Shown: positions 26,965 through 37,359, counted from the stretch's first letter. The stretch is DNA of 64,000 bases from Bacteroidales bacterium H4 (GCA_963626805.1 CAVFXS010000063.1:1984-65983); one strand, 5' to 3'. Translations and numbers: made by a program. The notes: generated by a model from the letters alone, not told the origin.

Positions 26965-28776
26965 ATGAATTCAGGTTTGGAACTAAATTCTTCAAAGAAA
27001 AAGATCTTGCTTTTATCAATCATTGAGGTTGCAGTGATCTTGCTTTTGGATATCATACTGATATCCAGGCTCACAGGTGCACAGGATGCAGGCAATGTAA
27101 AGGCCATGGCGATCGTATTTGCCATACTGTCGCTGGTTGTAGTTGGTGTTGTTGCATTTTTAACAGTACGGGAAGGCGAAGAGGTTAACAAGGAATCTAC
27201 AGTTAAAAGCGATAAGTATAAGAAGCTGTTCCTGAATCTTCCGATCGGTTTCGCTCAGGCAGAGATTGTAACTCCACCCGGAACCAATGTGCCGGAATTC
27301 AAGATCGCAGATGCGAATGAGAGGTTCTGTGAGTATCTGGGACTGGAGGTTGGGTCTTATCAGGACAAGTTGCTCAGCAACTGTAAGCAGGATGTATTAC
27401 AGAGTGTAAACGCATGGTTTCGTGCATATGATAATTCCGGAACTAAGGAAGGGGATCTGATGGCGGTTGAGATCACCATGGAGAACCTTGATAAAGTATT
27501 TAATACCGTTATGTATAAATCAGAAGCAAATTACATTAATATGGTTCTGATCGATATTACGGAACAGAAAGAGACTGAAATGAGCCTGAGCAAGGCAAAG
27601 GATGAGGCGAATATCGCATATAAGACACAGGCTGAGTTTCTGGCGAATATGTCTCATGAGATCCGGACACCAATCAATGGTATTCTGGGTATGTTACAGC
27701 TGACACTGGCAGAGGATGATCTGCAGGCAGACTATCGGGATAATCTGGTAACAGCCAAGAACTGTGCAGATACCCTGCTCCGTCTGATCAATGATATTCT
27801 GGATATCAGTAAGCTGGAAGCCGGTAAGTATAACTTAAGATATGAAGTATTTGATGTGAAGTCAGCGATTGAGGAAACTGTGGCAGCACAGGTTCCGCTG
27901 GCAAACAACAAAGACCTGACTCTGGACTGCAGCTTCAGCGGCAATATTCCGGAAATGGTTAAGGGCGATGGCGAGCGAATCAAGCAGGTATTGAACTGTC
28001 TGCTGTCAAATGCGATCAAGTTCACATCCGAGGGTGGTGTCCGTGTTAAGGTAGCGACCATGGATGGTGATGAGCCGGATAAGACAACCTTAAGAATCGC
28101 GGTTGTAGACTCCGGTATCGGTATTTCAGATGCGAACAAGAGTAAGCTGTTTATCCGGTTCAGTCAGGTAGACAGCTCCGATACCAGAAAATACGGTGGT
28201 ACCGGTCTGGGACTGGTTATCACGAAGCAGATTGTAGAACTGATGGGTGGTAACATTACCGTTCAGAGTAAGGAAGATATCGGTAGTACATTTATTGTAG
28301 AGATTCCTCTTAAGATTGTAAAAGCTTCTGAACAGAAGCCGGAGAAGAAGGAAGACTCTGCGGTTATCTCGATCAGGGGTCATAAGCGTGCAAGAATCCT
28401 CGTAGCAGAGGATGAGCCGGTAAATCAGCAGGTTATCGGTAAGCTGCTCGGTATGGCAGGATATTCTTATGATATTGCTGAGAATGGTGAGAAGGCTGTT
28501 GAGCTGTTTAAGCAGAAGTCTTATGATGCCGCTCTGTTTGATGTACAGATGCCGATCATGGACGGTCTGGCAGCAACACAGAAGATTCGTGAGATTGAGG
28601 CAGAGAAGGGTATGAAGCGTCTGCCGATCATTGCGGTAACAGCCAGAGCGATGTTCGGTGATAAAGAGCGGATTCTGGAAGCGAAGTTGGATGATTACAT
28701 AGCGAAGCCATATAACTTAAATGATGTGGTTGAGACATTGAATCGTTATGTATCGCAGAAGGATGACGAAGAGTAA
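26965..28776 (+). CDS. Hybrid sensor histidine kinase / response regulator
   Basis: N-terminal TM segments, H-box SHEIRTPINGILG, HATPase G-boxes (DSGIGI, GGTGLGL), and a C-terminal receiver domain (ILVAEDE...DVQMPIMDG...KP). Confidence 0.85.
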   Translation: MNSGLELNSSKKKILLLSIIEVAVILLLDIILISRLTGAQDAGNVKAMAIVFAILSLVVVGVVAFLTVREGEEVNKESTVKSDKYKKLFLNLPIGFAQAEIVTPPGTNVPEFKIADANERFCEYLGLEVGSYQDKLLSNCKQDVLQSVNAWFRAYDNSGTKEGDLMAVEITMENLDKVFNTVMYKSEANYINMVLIDITEQKETEMSLSKAKDEANIAYKTQAEFLANMSHEIRTPINGILGMLQLTLAEDDLQADYRDNLVTAKNCADTLLRLINDILDISKLEAGKYNLRYEVFDVKSAIEETVAAQVPLANNKDLTLDCSFSGNIPEMVKGDGERIKQVLNCLLSNAIKFTSEGGVRVKVATMDGDEPDKTTLRIAVVDSGIGISDANKSKLFIRFSQVDSSDTRKYGGTGLGLVITKQIVELMGGNITVQSKEDIGSTFIVEIPLKIVKASEQKPEKKEDSAVISIRGHKRARILVAEDEPVNQQVIGKLLGMAGYSYDIAENGEKAVELFKQKSYDAALFDVQMPIMDGLAATQKIREIEAEKGMKRLPIIAVTARAMFGDKERILEAKLDDYIAKPYNLNDVVETLNRYVSQKDDEE

Positions 28777-28809
28777 GCAGATTATAATGATACATAGATA
28801 GTAACAGAA

Positions 28810-28861
28810 CTCAAAAGGAGTGCCGGTTGACCTGTGGGGTCATACCGGCACTCCTTTTGAG
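28810..28861. terminator. Bidirectional terminator hairpin between convergent genes
   Basis: Perfect 17-bp stem CTCAAAAGGAGTGCCGG / CCGGCACTCCTTTTGAG. The right arm overlaps the last codons of the minus-strand gene. Confidence 0.65.
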
Positions 28862-29109
28862 TAGCAGTCATCCGGTAGCTCGGATGGCAGATTGGTAAGG
28901 TTTTTCTGCTTGGCGAGCCGGAGCAGAAATTTATAACGTACCTGTACGGCATTCAGTTCATAGATATAGCAGTCAATCAGGTCGGGATCTGTAATGTTTT
29001 CCAGATTGGATAAGGCAATGGCATGTGCCTGTCTGGTCGATTCAATCTCATGAAGCAGAGTCTGACGTTCTCTTTCTGCCTGAAGCTTCTGTAATTTCTT
29101 TTTAGTCAT
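28840..29109 (-). CDS. YaaL-like (DUF2508) small protein
   Basis: Coiled-coil small protein with ...DPDLIDCYIYELNAVQVRYKFLLRLAK, resembling DUF2508. AAGGTGGTGG RBS before ATG 29109. Confidence 0.5.
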   Translation of the reverse strand: MTKKKLQKLQAERERQTLLHEIESTRQAHAIALSNLENITDPDLIDCYIYELNAVQVRYKFLLRLAKQKNLTNLPSELPDDCYSKGVPV

Positions 29110-29292
29110 TGATAGTTCCACCACCTTTTTATCACTGTTTTATTTAGTATAGGCGGAAATCAGCCAGTTTATTCCAGTATGATGCATATTAAAATCTGCC
29201 GGGAACGATTTGAAAGAAAACGGCAGGCAATCGGGTATGAAATTACACATAGATTTAAATATAAAAAAGTAAGAAAAATATTTAAAATGGTA

Positions 29293-29321
29293 TTTACAAA
29301 TGTAAAAAAATATTATATACT
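29293..29321 (+). promoter_or_regulatory. Candidate SigA promoter of the Tad/Flp locus
   Basis: TTTACA, a 17-nt spacer, then TATACT, about 30 nt upstream of the prepilin peptidase start. Confidence 0.4.
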
Positions 29322-29349
29322 GAAAAAGCAATAGGGAACAGAAGGAGGG

Positions 29350-29871
29350 ATGAACGCGTATATTGCAATCACAGGTATATTGATTCTGGCAGTGATATTT
29401 GATCTTCGGACATATCGGATTCCGAATCTTCTGACACTGATCGGTGTTCTGCTCAGTGCGGGTGGCAGCTTCTGTGTAAGAGGAAGCGGCGGATTACCGG
29501 GGATTTTTGCAGGGATAGGGATTCCGATGATGGCTTTGTTTCTGTTACATCGGGTTCGGGTACTGGGAGCCGGAGATATTAAGTTACTAACTGTCATAGG
29601 AGGAGTAGCGGGGATGGAAGTCCTGCATGTTATGATTTACTCCTTTTTAGTCGGCGGTGTGCTGGCTATGATTCATATGTTATATCACCGTAATCTGGTG
29701 AATCGTTTACAAGTATTCTGGAATTATGTTCGGACCTGTTTGATCACAGGACACATTATCCCATATGATAGCGGATTTGATCGGGGAGATACCCGATATA
29801 CAGTACATTTCTCCATAGCGATTTTGGCAGGATATGCTATTTGGATGATCAGGAGGTGGCTGGATTTTTGA
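29350..29871 (+). CDS. A24-family prepilin peptidase (CpaA/TadV-like)
   Basis: Polytopic membrane protein with two Asp motifs (FDLRTYRIPN and GAGDIKLL). Confidence 0.8.
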   Translation: MNAYIAITGILILAVIFDLRTYRIPNLLTLIGVLLSAGGSFCVRGSGGLPGIFAGIGIPMMALFLLHRVRVLGAGDIKLLTVIGGVAGMEVLHVMIYSFLVGGVLAMIHMLYHRNLVNRLQVFWNYVRTCLITGHIIPYDSGFDRGDTRYTVHFSIAILAGYAIWMIRRWLDF

Positions 29872-30956
29872 AAAGTTATAAGGTGGCAATCTGTGATACC
29901 GAGCCGTCCTTTACAATTGCACTTATGAATTATATAAACCGGAATGCCGGAATCCCGATTCTGGCAATGGCATTTACCGGAGTGGAGCAGCTGCAGGAGT
30001 ATTTGCGACAGCATGAGACAGATATGATTGTAGTAGATGAAGCAATGGTTTCCGAAGCTGTAGCAGCGAATCAAAGCTGTGGAAAATTATCCGATGAGAT
30101 ACTGGAATCTGTACCGGTACTGCTACTGTTAAGGAGCGGAGAACATCCGGAAGAATCCGGCGAAGTGATCAGCAGAAGCACTAATGGGATGACCTGTGGA
30201 ATAAAAGGTATATCCAAATATTCACCGGCATCGGTTTTAGTAAAGAAGATGCTGGAAGTACTCGGACAGAAGAGGACATTTATCGGTAGCGGACAGGAGG
30301 GTGTGGCAATCGGCATATATTCTCCGATCGGAAGAAGCGGAAAGAGCCGGTTGGCCGGAGCCCTGTGTGAATATTGGAGCGGGCAGTCGGAGAATCCAAG
30401 CGTAGATGACATCGTTATGTCGGGAAGAACCCTATATCTTGGCATGGAAGAATATGGCCCTGAAGGGACTGCCATGGAAACGGTGCTTTACTACCTGAAA
30501 CAGAGATCCGAAAATCTGTCCATGCAGCTGAAAGCACTGGCACAGACAAAAATGGGATATGATTTTATTCCCAGTGCAGGTTGTTACCAGGAGTTACGAG
30601 AACTGGGTGCAGAGGACATGGAGAGGTTGCTGCAGACGATCTGCCGGGAAGGATATTACAGACAGGTAGTTGCGGATATAGGTTCCGGCAGTCTGGCAGA
30701 GCTGAAGTGCCTTCTTGCGTTTGACGTTATTTATATGCCCTATTTGCAGGAGCAGGAGACACAGCAGCGGCTGGAAATGTTCATACACTGTGTGAAACGG
30801 ATGGATATCTGGGATGATCTGAACCGGAGATGTTATCTGGTGAATGTGGAAGAAGTTCTTGGAAAGACAGATGGAGTCCGGCGGCTGGAGCAGGCGCGTG
30901 CGGCAGGAAGTCTTTCAACACTGCATAGCTGGAGTGAACAATGGAAGGATGAATAG
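29841..30956 (+). CDS. TadZ/CpaE-like pilus assembly protein (receiver-like N-domain plus degenerate ParA/MinD-like ATPase domain)
   Basis: N-terminus KVAICDTEP...DMIVVDE is receiver-like; IGIYSPIGRSGKSRLA is a deviant Walker-A-like motif. A TTG at 29868, 11 nt after GGAGG, is an alternative start overlapping the peptidase stop. Confidence 0.5.
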   Translation: MDDQEVAGFLKSYKVAICDTEPSFTIALMNYINRNAGIPILAMAFTGVEQLQEYLRQHETDMIVVDEAMVSEAVAANQSCGKLSDEILESVPVLLLLRSGEHPEESGEVISRSTNGMTCGIKGISKYSPASVLVKKMLEVLGQKRTFIGSGQEGVAIGIYSPIGRSGKSRLAGALCEYWSGQSENPSVDDIVMSGRTLYLGMEEYGPEGTAMETVLYYLKQRSENLSMQLKALAQTKMGYDFIPSAGCYQELRELGAEDMERLLQTICREGYYRQVVADIGSGSLAELKCLLAFDVIYMPYLQEQETQQRLEMFIHCVKRMDIWDDLNRRCYLVNVEEVLGKTDGVRRLEQARAAGSLSTLHSWSEQWKDE

Positions 30957-30986
30957 CAACAGAGCAGAAGTGAGGAGGTGCGGGTC

Positions 30987-32264
30987 ATGATGCCGGAGAA
31001 TATAGATACGCTCAGTCGGGAACTGGAGGAAATGGTACGGGCAGAACTGAATATGAGAGTAGCAGTCAGTGATCTTCAGGTTCAACAGGAGATTGATCGT
31101 CAGATCCTGTTGAAGACCGGAGATTGTTATATTCCATTGAAAGAGAAACTGGAACTAAAGGAGCGGGTGTTCAGCTCGATTCGTGGGCTGGACTGTCTGG
31201 CAATGATCATGAATCAGGAAGATATTACAGAGATTATGATTAATAATTACCGGAAGATCTTTGTAGAACGAGACGGGCATCTGGAAAGATGGAAGGGCGG
31301 TTTTTCATCGGAAGAGAAGTACATGGATGTGATTCAGCAGGTGGCAGCGCAGTGTAATCGCATTGTAAATGAAAGCTCACCGATCGTAGACGCCAGACTT
31401 TCGGATGGATCCAGAGTCAATGTGGTACTTGCTCCGGTTGCACTGGATGGCGCAGTTATGACGATCCGGCGGTTCCCAAAGCATAATTTTAGTGTAAAGG
31501 ATCTGATCGAACGGGCAATGATATCGGAGGAACTGATGCTGCTATTAAAACTTCTGGTCAAAAGTCGTTATAACATTCTGATATCCGGTGGTACCGGTTC
31601 CGGAAAGACCACTTTTCTGAATGTAATGGCAGATTTCATCCCGAAGGAGGAACGTATTATTACGATTGAAGACTCCGCAGAGCTTAAGCTGCAGGCCATT
31701 GAGAATCTGGTACGGCTGGAAGTTCGAAATGCCAATGTAGAAGGGAAAAATGCAATTCATATCAAGGATCTGATCCGGAGTTCCCTGCGGATGCGGCCGA
31801 CCAGAATTATTGTCGGTGAGGTTCGGGGAGAAGAGGCACTGGATATGCTTCAGGCCATGAATACCGGGCATGACGGATCGCTGTCAACGGGGCATGCCAA
31901 TTCTGCAAGAGATATGTTATATCGGTTGGAAACTATGGTTTTAATGGGAATCGAGATGCCTTTGCCGGCAATCCGGCAGCAGATAGCATCTGCCATCGAC
32001 ATCATTGTACATATCGGAAGATTATCCGATGGTCGAAGAAGGGTTTTGGAAGTGGTAGAAATACTGGGAATGCAGGAAGGAGAGATAAAGCTTCATACAT
32101 TGTGTAAGTACCGGAGGCAAGGACAGGAAAAGGAGGAAACAGATGAAGACTGGAGGTTTAAAGAGCCTGTCTGTCATAAAGAGAAACTGGAGGCGGCAGG
32201 GTGCCTGGAAGAATATCAGGCATTATATGAGGCCGGAGTATCTGGCGGTCTGGCTTGTCGGTAG
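30987..32264 (+). CDS. CpaF/TadA-family type IV pilus secretion ATPase
   Basis: Walker A GGTGSGKTT, Walker B IITIEDSAEL, and His/Asp boxes (RIIVGEVRGEEA, GHDGSLSTGHAN). Confidence 0.9.
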   Translation: MMPENIDTLSRELEEMVRAELNMRVAVSDLQVQQEIDRQILLKTGDCYIPLKEKLELKERVFSSIRGLDCLAMIMNQEDITEIMINNYRKIFVERDGHLERWKGGFSSEEKYMDVIQQVAAQCNRIVNESSPIVDARLSDGSRVNVVLAPVALDGAVMTIRRFPKHNFSVKDLIERAMISEELMLLLKLLVKSRYNILISGGTGSGKTTFLNVMADFIPKEERIITIEDSAELKLQAIENLVRLEVRNANVEGKNAIHIKDLIRSSLRMRPTRIIVGEVRGEEALDMLQAMNTGHDGSLSTGHANSARDMLYRLETMVLMGIEMPLPAIRQQIASAIDIIVHIGRLSDGRRRVLEVVEILGMQEGEIKLHTLCKYRRQGQEKEETDEDWRFKEPVCHKEKLEAAGCLEEYQALYEAGVSGGLACR

Positions 32265-32940
32265 TCTGGTCTGTCTGGTCCTGGGATGGTTGTTCTATGA
32301 CTCATGGAAGATGGGACTGCTGCTATTTCCTGCAAATATATGGTTTCTGAAGTTGTATGAGAAGAAGCGGCGGGAGTATCAGGCGACGTTGCTATTGAGC
32401 GAGTTTAAGGAGCTGCTGCAGATACTGACAGCGAATCTGAAGGCAGGTGCTTCGTTAGAGCATGCATGGAAGGCGGCAGAAAGGGATTTTGCGGATTTGC
32501 ATACGGGAGACAGTCCGATGGATAGGGAAGTCCGGAAGGTTATTCAGAAGATAGAGTTGAATATTCCGATTGAACAGGCTGTGTTTGAATTTGCAGAGGA
32601 AAGTGGTCAGGAAGATATTCGGAGTTTTGCGGAGGTGTTACGGACCGTCAAGCGAAATGGCGGTAATCTTGTGCAGATTATAGAAAATACTACCGGAATC
32701 ATAACAGAAAAAATAGAAATCGGACAGGAAATTCAGGTAATGCTATCCGGAAAGAGGCTGGAACAGCGGATTATGTGCGGAATGCCACTTTTTATGTTAT
32801 TGTATCTGCGTATTGGCAACCCGGGATATCTGAATGGACTATATCATAATGCGACCGGCATGCTGATCATGAGCGGGTGTATGCTGGGAACGGTTCTGGC
32901 GTTCTGCTGGGGAAACCGGATTATGAGAATCGAGGTGTAG
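32143..32940 (+). CDS. TadB-like type II secretion system F-family membrane protein
   Basis: Position after cpaF, N-terminal TM, T2SSF-like helical domain and C-terminal TMs. The start is uncertain: 32143 overlaps cpaF by 122 nt, and ATG 32227 is an alternative. Confidence 0.65.
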   Translation: MKTGGLKSLSVIKRNWRRQGAWKNIRHYMRPEYLAVWLVGSLVCLVLGWLFYDSWKMGLLLFPANIWFLKLYEKKRREYQATLLLSEFKELLQILTANLKAGASLEHAWKAAERDFADLHTGDSPMDREVRKVIQKIELNIPIEQAVFEFAEESGQEDIRSFAEVLRTVKRNGGNLVQIIENTTGIITEKIEIGQEIQVMLSGKRLEQRIMCGMPLFMLLYLRIGNPGYLNGLYHNATGMLIMSGCMLGTVLAFCWGNRIMRIEV

Positions 32941-32944
32941 CTTT

Positions 32945-34297
32945 GTGAGCAGAAAATATACAGAGAAGACGGCAGGGCGGCTTTATCGGTGGCTGCGGGC
33001 AAACAGACTGCTCCGTGTAGAGCCGGTTCAGAAGGATCTGGTGCAGATATATGGAGGAAATCCGACACAGACGGAGCAATTACTTCAGGACTATTATACG
33101 GAGCTGATACGCAAGACAATGCTTGCAGCTGTTGTAATAGGAATATTTGTATTGGCAGTTATCCTTGTGGAGAATCTGCAGCAGACAGATGAGATTCATC
33201 TGGAACGGATGCCGTATGGAGAAGATGCAACGGAGTATTCTTTGCAGGCAGCTGAGAACGGCAATCGAAAACTGGAATTACAGGTAGAAGTACCGGCAGT
33301 GCGTTATACCGAGCAGGAACTGGAGGCGCAGTTTCAAAACGGCTTTCAATATCTGGAGGAAGAAATGCCGGGAGAAAATGAAGATATGGAACAGATTACA
33401 ACGGATCTGAATCTGATAAAAAGCATTCCGGAAAGCGGTATCGGCGTGCGATGGATCAGCAGTGACTATGAACTTCTGGAGGAGAATGGAACGCTTCATA
33501 ATCAGACCCTGAAAGCACCGGCAGAGGTTGTGCTGCAACTGGAATTATCCTATGAGGATGAGGTAAGAACCAGAGAGTATCAGCTAATGATTTATCCCGG
33601 AATACTGACCGGTGAAGCGAGGCAGAAGCAGGAACTGGCAGAGGCTGTTTCCAGAGAGATAGAAGCCCAGCAATATGAGGCTGATATTACGCTTCCGAAG
33701 GAGATCAATGGCTATCGGCTTGAACTGCCATCTCAGGCAGGGAGGGTGATTGCGGTTGTACTGACAGGAGGAATCCTGATCATGCTGATGCTTTGGATGC
33801 GAAAACGGGAAAATCTGCATCTTGAAGTAAAAAAGCGCAAGCAGAAACTGGTGATCGCCTACCCGGGATTTATGAATCAGCTACAGTTATATCTGGGCGC
33901 GGGAGCGACCGTTCAGGGTGCCCTGGAGCGTGTTATGGAACAATATGAAAGGAACCGACAGACAACACAGGTGCTTTATCAGGAGCTGGATATTCTGCGG
34001 AATGAAATCCGTTCCGGAATCACACAGGAGGAGGCATACCTGCGATTCGGCAAAAGAACCGGTCTGGCTCCGTATATGAGGCTGGCATCATTATTAAGCC
34101 GTCAGCTCCGCACGGGCGGACAGGAGATTCGACTGCAACTGGAGGAAGAGGTGCAGGCTGCATTTACATTTCGAAAGGAGCAGGCAAAGAAGGCAGGCGA
34201 AGAGGCGGGTACGAAGATGCTGTTGCCTATGATCCTGTTAATGATCATTTCGATGGTGGTAATCATAATTCCGGCATGGAAGGATTTTGCTTTGTGA
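32945..34297 (+). CDS. TadC-like type II secretion system F-family membrane protein with an extended N-terminal region
   Basis: The C-terminal ~170 aa are T2SSF-like (...GITQEEAYLRFGKRTG...LRTGGQ...) with a terminal TM. GTG start 4 nt after tadB. Confidence 0.65.
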   Translation: MSRKYTEKTAGRLYRWLRANRLLRVEPVQKDLVQIYGGNPTQTEQLLQDYYTELIRKTMLAAVVIGIFVLAVILVENLQQTDEIHLERMPYGEDATEYSLQAAENGNRKLELQVEVPAVRYTEQELEAQFQNGFQYLEEEMPGENEDMEQITTDLNLIKSIPESGIGVRWISSDYELLEENGTLHNQTLKAPAEVVLQLELSYEDEVRTREYQLMIYPGILTGEARQKQELAEAVSREIEAQQYEADITLPKEINGYRLELPSQAGRVIAVVLTGGILIMLMLWMRKRENLHLEVKKRKQKLVIAYPGFMNQLQLYLGAGATVQGALERVMEQYERNRQTTQVLYQELDILRNEIRSGITQEEAYLRFGKRTGLAPYMRLASLLSRQLRTGGQEIRLQLEEEVQAAFTFRKEQAKKAGEEAGTKMLLPMILLMIISMVVIIIPAWKDFAL

Positions 34298-34345
34298 CAA
34301 TGTAACAAATAGATTTATGAAATATGACGGAAGGAGAATACGAAT

Positions 34346-34528
34346 ATGGAAGAAATCAAGGATTTTTTAATGGGTGAACACTCAGAAGATGGTATGGGTG
34401 TGGTAGAGGTATTATTGATCATTGTTGTTCTGGTTGGACTGGTTATTATTTTTCAGAAGCAGATTACGCAGCTGGTAAATAAGATCTGGAAAGCGATCAA
34501 CAGAGATGCGGCTACCGTATATAAGTAA
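34346..34528 (+). CDS. Flp-type pilin candidate (60 aa)
   Basis: Leader ending in G, followed by MGVVEV and a hydrophobic helix (LLIIVVLVGLVIIF). This fits the G/xxxxE(Y/V) Flp processing motif. GGAGAA RBS. Confidence 0.65.
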   Translation: MEEIKDFLMGEHSEDGMGVVEVLLIIVVLVGLVIIFQKQITQLVNKIWKAINRDAATVYK

Positions 34529-34545
34529 AACAGGAGGCCGGAACC

Positions 34546-36090
34546 ATGAGAGGAATGCAGAATAAAGGACAGATCACGGTGTTTGTATGTTTGATCGTAT
34601 GTGTGTTTCTGATACTGATACTTACAGTTTTGCAGGGAATACGCATCCGGGAAGGAAAAGCGAAATGCAGTCAGTCGGTTTCTGCGGCCTGTAGAAGTAT
34701 AAAGGGTGATTATCAGCCGGACTTGTTCCGGCGATATCACATCCTTGCTCTGGATAAGACATATTACGGAAAGGGAGAAGGCTTTTTGGAGCAGAGAATA
34801 GAGGACTTTCTGGAATATAATCTGGAGCCGGATAAGACACCCTATCATTTCCGGGTACAGGAGGTAGTGCTGACAGACAGTCAGTCATTAACGGAGGATT
34901 CCCTGGAGGGATTTCGTCAGCAGATTCATGAGTATATGAAGCTTCGGGTTCCGCAGCTGGTGATAGAAAGGATACTGCAAAAGACAGAGGCCGGTCAGAG
35001 GCTGGATCGGGATGCTGTGCAGCAGGAACTGGAAGATCAGTCTGAGCATACGGTGACGATAGAACCCGGACAGGCAATGAATGGACAGAATCAGAATATA
35101 TCTGAGGAGGTCATTGGAGATTCGGTTACGGAAACAGAAGACGGAGAAGCAATGATAGATCCGAGAGGGGCAATGAAGCTATTGCTCGACATGGATATTC
35201 TGGATCTGGTTCTTCCGGATAAGGTAATGGCAATATCCACAGAAACCGTAGGACTGAAGGAAATGCCGTCTGCAGAGTATCCAACATCGGGTAAGGGATT
35301 CTGGATATTTGAAGGTGACGATCTCGGACTTTCGGATATGGCAGATGTATTTAAGCAGGAGACGTTCTGGAATGATATTGGCGGTCTGACGGCCGGTGGA
35401 GATGATAATGGTCAGGGTGGTTATGGACCGGAAGATGCGTTGTATGCAATAGATACCTTTCGGAATGCGACCAACTGGGACGGTGAGAATAATCAGCCGC
35501 TGGAATTTGAGGTGGAGTATCTGCTTGCCGGAAAGGAGTCGGATCATAAGAATTTATCACAGGTAGCTACGCAATTGTCCTGGATCCGGTTTATTCCCAA
35601 TATGTGCTATGCCTGTAGCAACCAGACAATGAAGGATGAGACATTGGCAGTAGCAACACTGCTGCTTACACCGGTCGGACTGGTAGGACTGGCAGAACCG
35701 GTATCCTATATCATTCTGGGAGGCTGGTCCTATGGTGAGAGTCTGGTAGATGTAAAGGCATTGTTGCATGGGAAAACAGTTCCGGTTACCAAGGACGAAA
35801 CGACCTGGAGTCTATCTTTGCGGAATCTTGCTGACATTAGTCAGATATCCGGAAAAGAATGTGACGATAGTCAGGGATTACGGTATGAGGAGTATTTATT
35901 TCTGATGCTGGCATTACAGGAAACCGAGCTACAGTGTTACCGGATGTTGGATATAATGCAGATGAATATTCAGGAGACCATACCGGAATTTGAAATAAAG
36001 AACTGTATTGTAAGCTTTGAAGCACAGGTGACCGTGCGGGAGAACAACCGGCAATGGCATTTTCAGGCTTCAGACGGATATATAGAATAA
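34546..36090 (+). CDS. Tad-locus-associated membrane-anchored protein (DUF5702-like?)
   Basis: N-terminus MRGMQNKGQITVFVCLIVCVFLILIL is pseudopilin-like, followed by a large extracytoplasmic region. The family name is from weak recollection only. Confidence 0.45.
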   Translation: MRGMQNKGQITVFVCLIVCVFLILILTVLQGIRIREGKAKCSQSVSAACRSIKGDYQPDLFRRYHILALDKTYYGKGEGFLEQRIEDFLEYNLEPDKTPYHFRVQEVVLTDSQSLTEDSLEGFRQQIHEYMKLRVPQLVIERILQKTEAGQRLDRDAVQQELEDQSEHTVTIEPGQAMNGQNQNISEEVIGDSVTETEDGEAMIDPRGAMKLLLDMDILDLVLPDKVMAISTETVGLKEMPSAEYPTSGKGFWIFEGDDLGLSDMADVFKQETFWNDIGGLTAGGDDNGQGGYGPEDALYAIDTFRNATNWDGENNQPLEFEVEYLLAGKESDHKNLSQVATQLSWIRFIPNMCYACSNQTMKDETLAVATLLLTPVGLVGLAEPVSYIILGGWSYGESLVDVKALLHGKTVPVTKDETTWSLSLRNLADISQISGKECDDSQGLRYEEYLFLMLALQETELQCYRMLDIMQMNIQETIPEFEIKNCIVSFEAQVTVRENNRQWHFQASDGYIE

Positions 36091-36127
36091 TTAGCGGAAA
36101 TCGGTAGAAGAAGAGAGGTGTTTTGAA

Positions 36128-37201
36128 ATGTATACCGGCTCATCAAATTATCACAAAAGCCTGTCAGGGATGCACAAAAAGACAGGTGGGTCAAAGCAGA
36201 GGCAGAAGATCTCAAAAAATAAGAAAAAGTTATCGCTTTGTTACAGGACTCCGTTCGGAAGTAACCGGTATGGCCGGATATTTCTGGAAGATCTGATACT
36301 TCTGAATCAGGACCGGATTGTGAAAGCCCCCCCGGTGAGTCGGTATACAGTTCAAAGCACCTCTGCGGATGAGGAGAAATCAGAGGAAACAGCAACAGAA
36401 AATCAAGAATTAAAAAATCAGGATCTGAAAAATCATGGGTGGAAGAATCAGGGCTCTGCTTCCCTGGAGGTGACGCTGATTCTTCCGATATTACTGTTTG
36501 CTTTCTGGATGTTTTATTCTATGGGGCAGATTTTTATCATGGAAAATCAGATCTACCAGGCGGTAAATAATACCGCTGACAGTATGGCAGAGACTGCGTA
36601 CCTGAAACTGATAGTTGAAGAAGGAATAGAAGTAGAGGAGAGCCATGTTTTAGACTGGGGAGAAGCCTTTCTGCAATTCCGGACATTCCTTGGTGAGAAC
36701 GAGAGGGTAGAACGGTATGTATTTGGCGGAAGAAACGGGATTCTGCTGGATGGCACTCCGGTCCTGGATGAAGAAGGATTTATCTGTATTGGGGTAAAAT
36801 ATCTGGTGCGAATACAGGCACCGTTTTTTCGAAGTATCCATGTGCCTGTTCAGGCACACATCCGACAGAAGGCATATGTAGGATACGTGAAATCGGAGGA
36901 TCCGACAGATCAGACATATGTATACGTGGCAGAGCATAGTACGGTTTATCATCTGAGCAGGAGCTGCAGTCATTTAAAGCTGACAATCTATACAGTATCG
37001 CCATCGATATTAGATGAGAATTATTCTGGTCTGCGGGCATGTGAATATTGCGGAGAGATGCCGGCAGATATTTATTATGTTACACCGACCGGGGATTGCT
37101 ATCATACATCCAGAGAATGCAGTGGATTAAAGCGGACGGTTCGCCGTGTGTTGAAAAGTGAAGTGCCGGGATACGCTCCCTGTTCCAGATGCGGATCCTG
37201 A
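36128..37201 (+). CDS. TadE-like pseudopilin fused to two C-terminal YHxxxxC...CxxC zinc-ribbon-like motifs
   Basis: NQG/SASLEVTLILPILLFAF is a TadE-type N-terminal motif. The C-terminus carries VYHLSRSCSHLK...ACEYCG and CYHTSRECSGLK...PCSRCG. The start codon is uncertain because the implied leader (about 110 aa) is unusually long. Confidence 0.55.
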   Translation: MYTGSSNYHKSLSGMHKKTGGSKQRQKISKNKKKLSLCYRTPFGSNRYGRIFLEDLILLNQDRIVKAPPVSRYTVQSTSADEEKSEETATENQELKNQDLKNHGWKNQGSASLEVTLILPILLFAFWMFYSMGQIFIMENQIYQAVNNTADSMAETAYLKLIVEEGIEVEESHVLDWGEAFLQFRTFLGENERVERYVFGGRNGILLDGTPVLDEEGFICIGVKYLVRIQAPFFRSIHVPVQAHIRQKAYVGYVKSEDPTDQTYVYVAEHSTVYHLSRSCSHLKLTIYTVSPSILDENYSGLRACEYCGEMPADIYYVTPTGDCYHTSRECSGLKRTVRRVLKSEVPGYAPCSRCGS

Positions 37202-37359
37202 ACATGAAATGAAGATACAGTCAGAAATGGAGACACAGACAGAAGCAGGATGATGAATAAAACCAGAAAAGCCGACAGGAGTAGAACGGTGGATAGAAAC
37301 GAAAAATCCGGCGGAAGTAGAATTATGAACAGAAACGAAGAGGCAGGTGGGATAGAACC

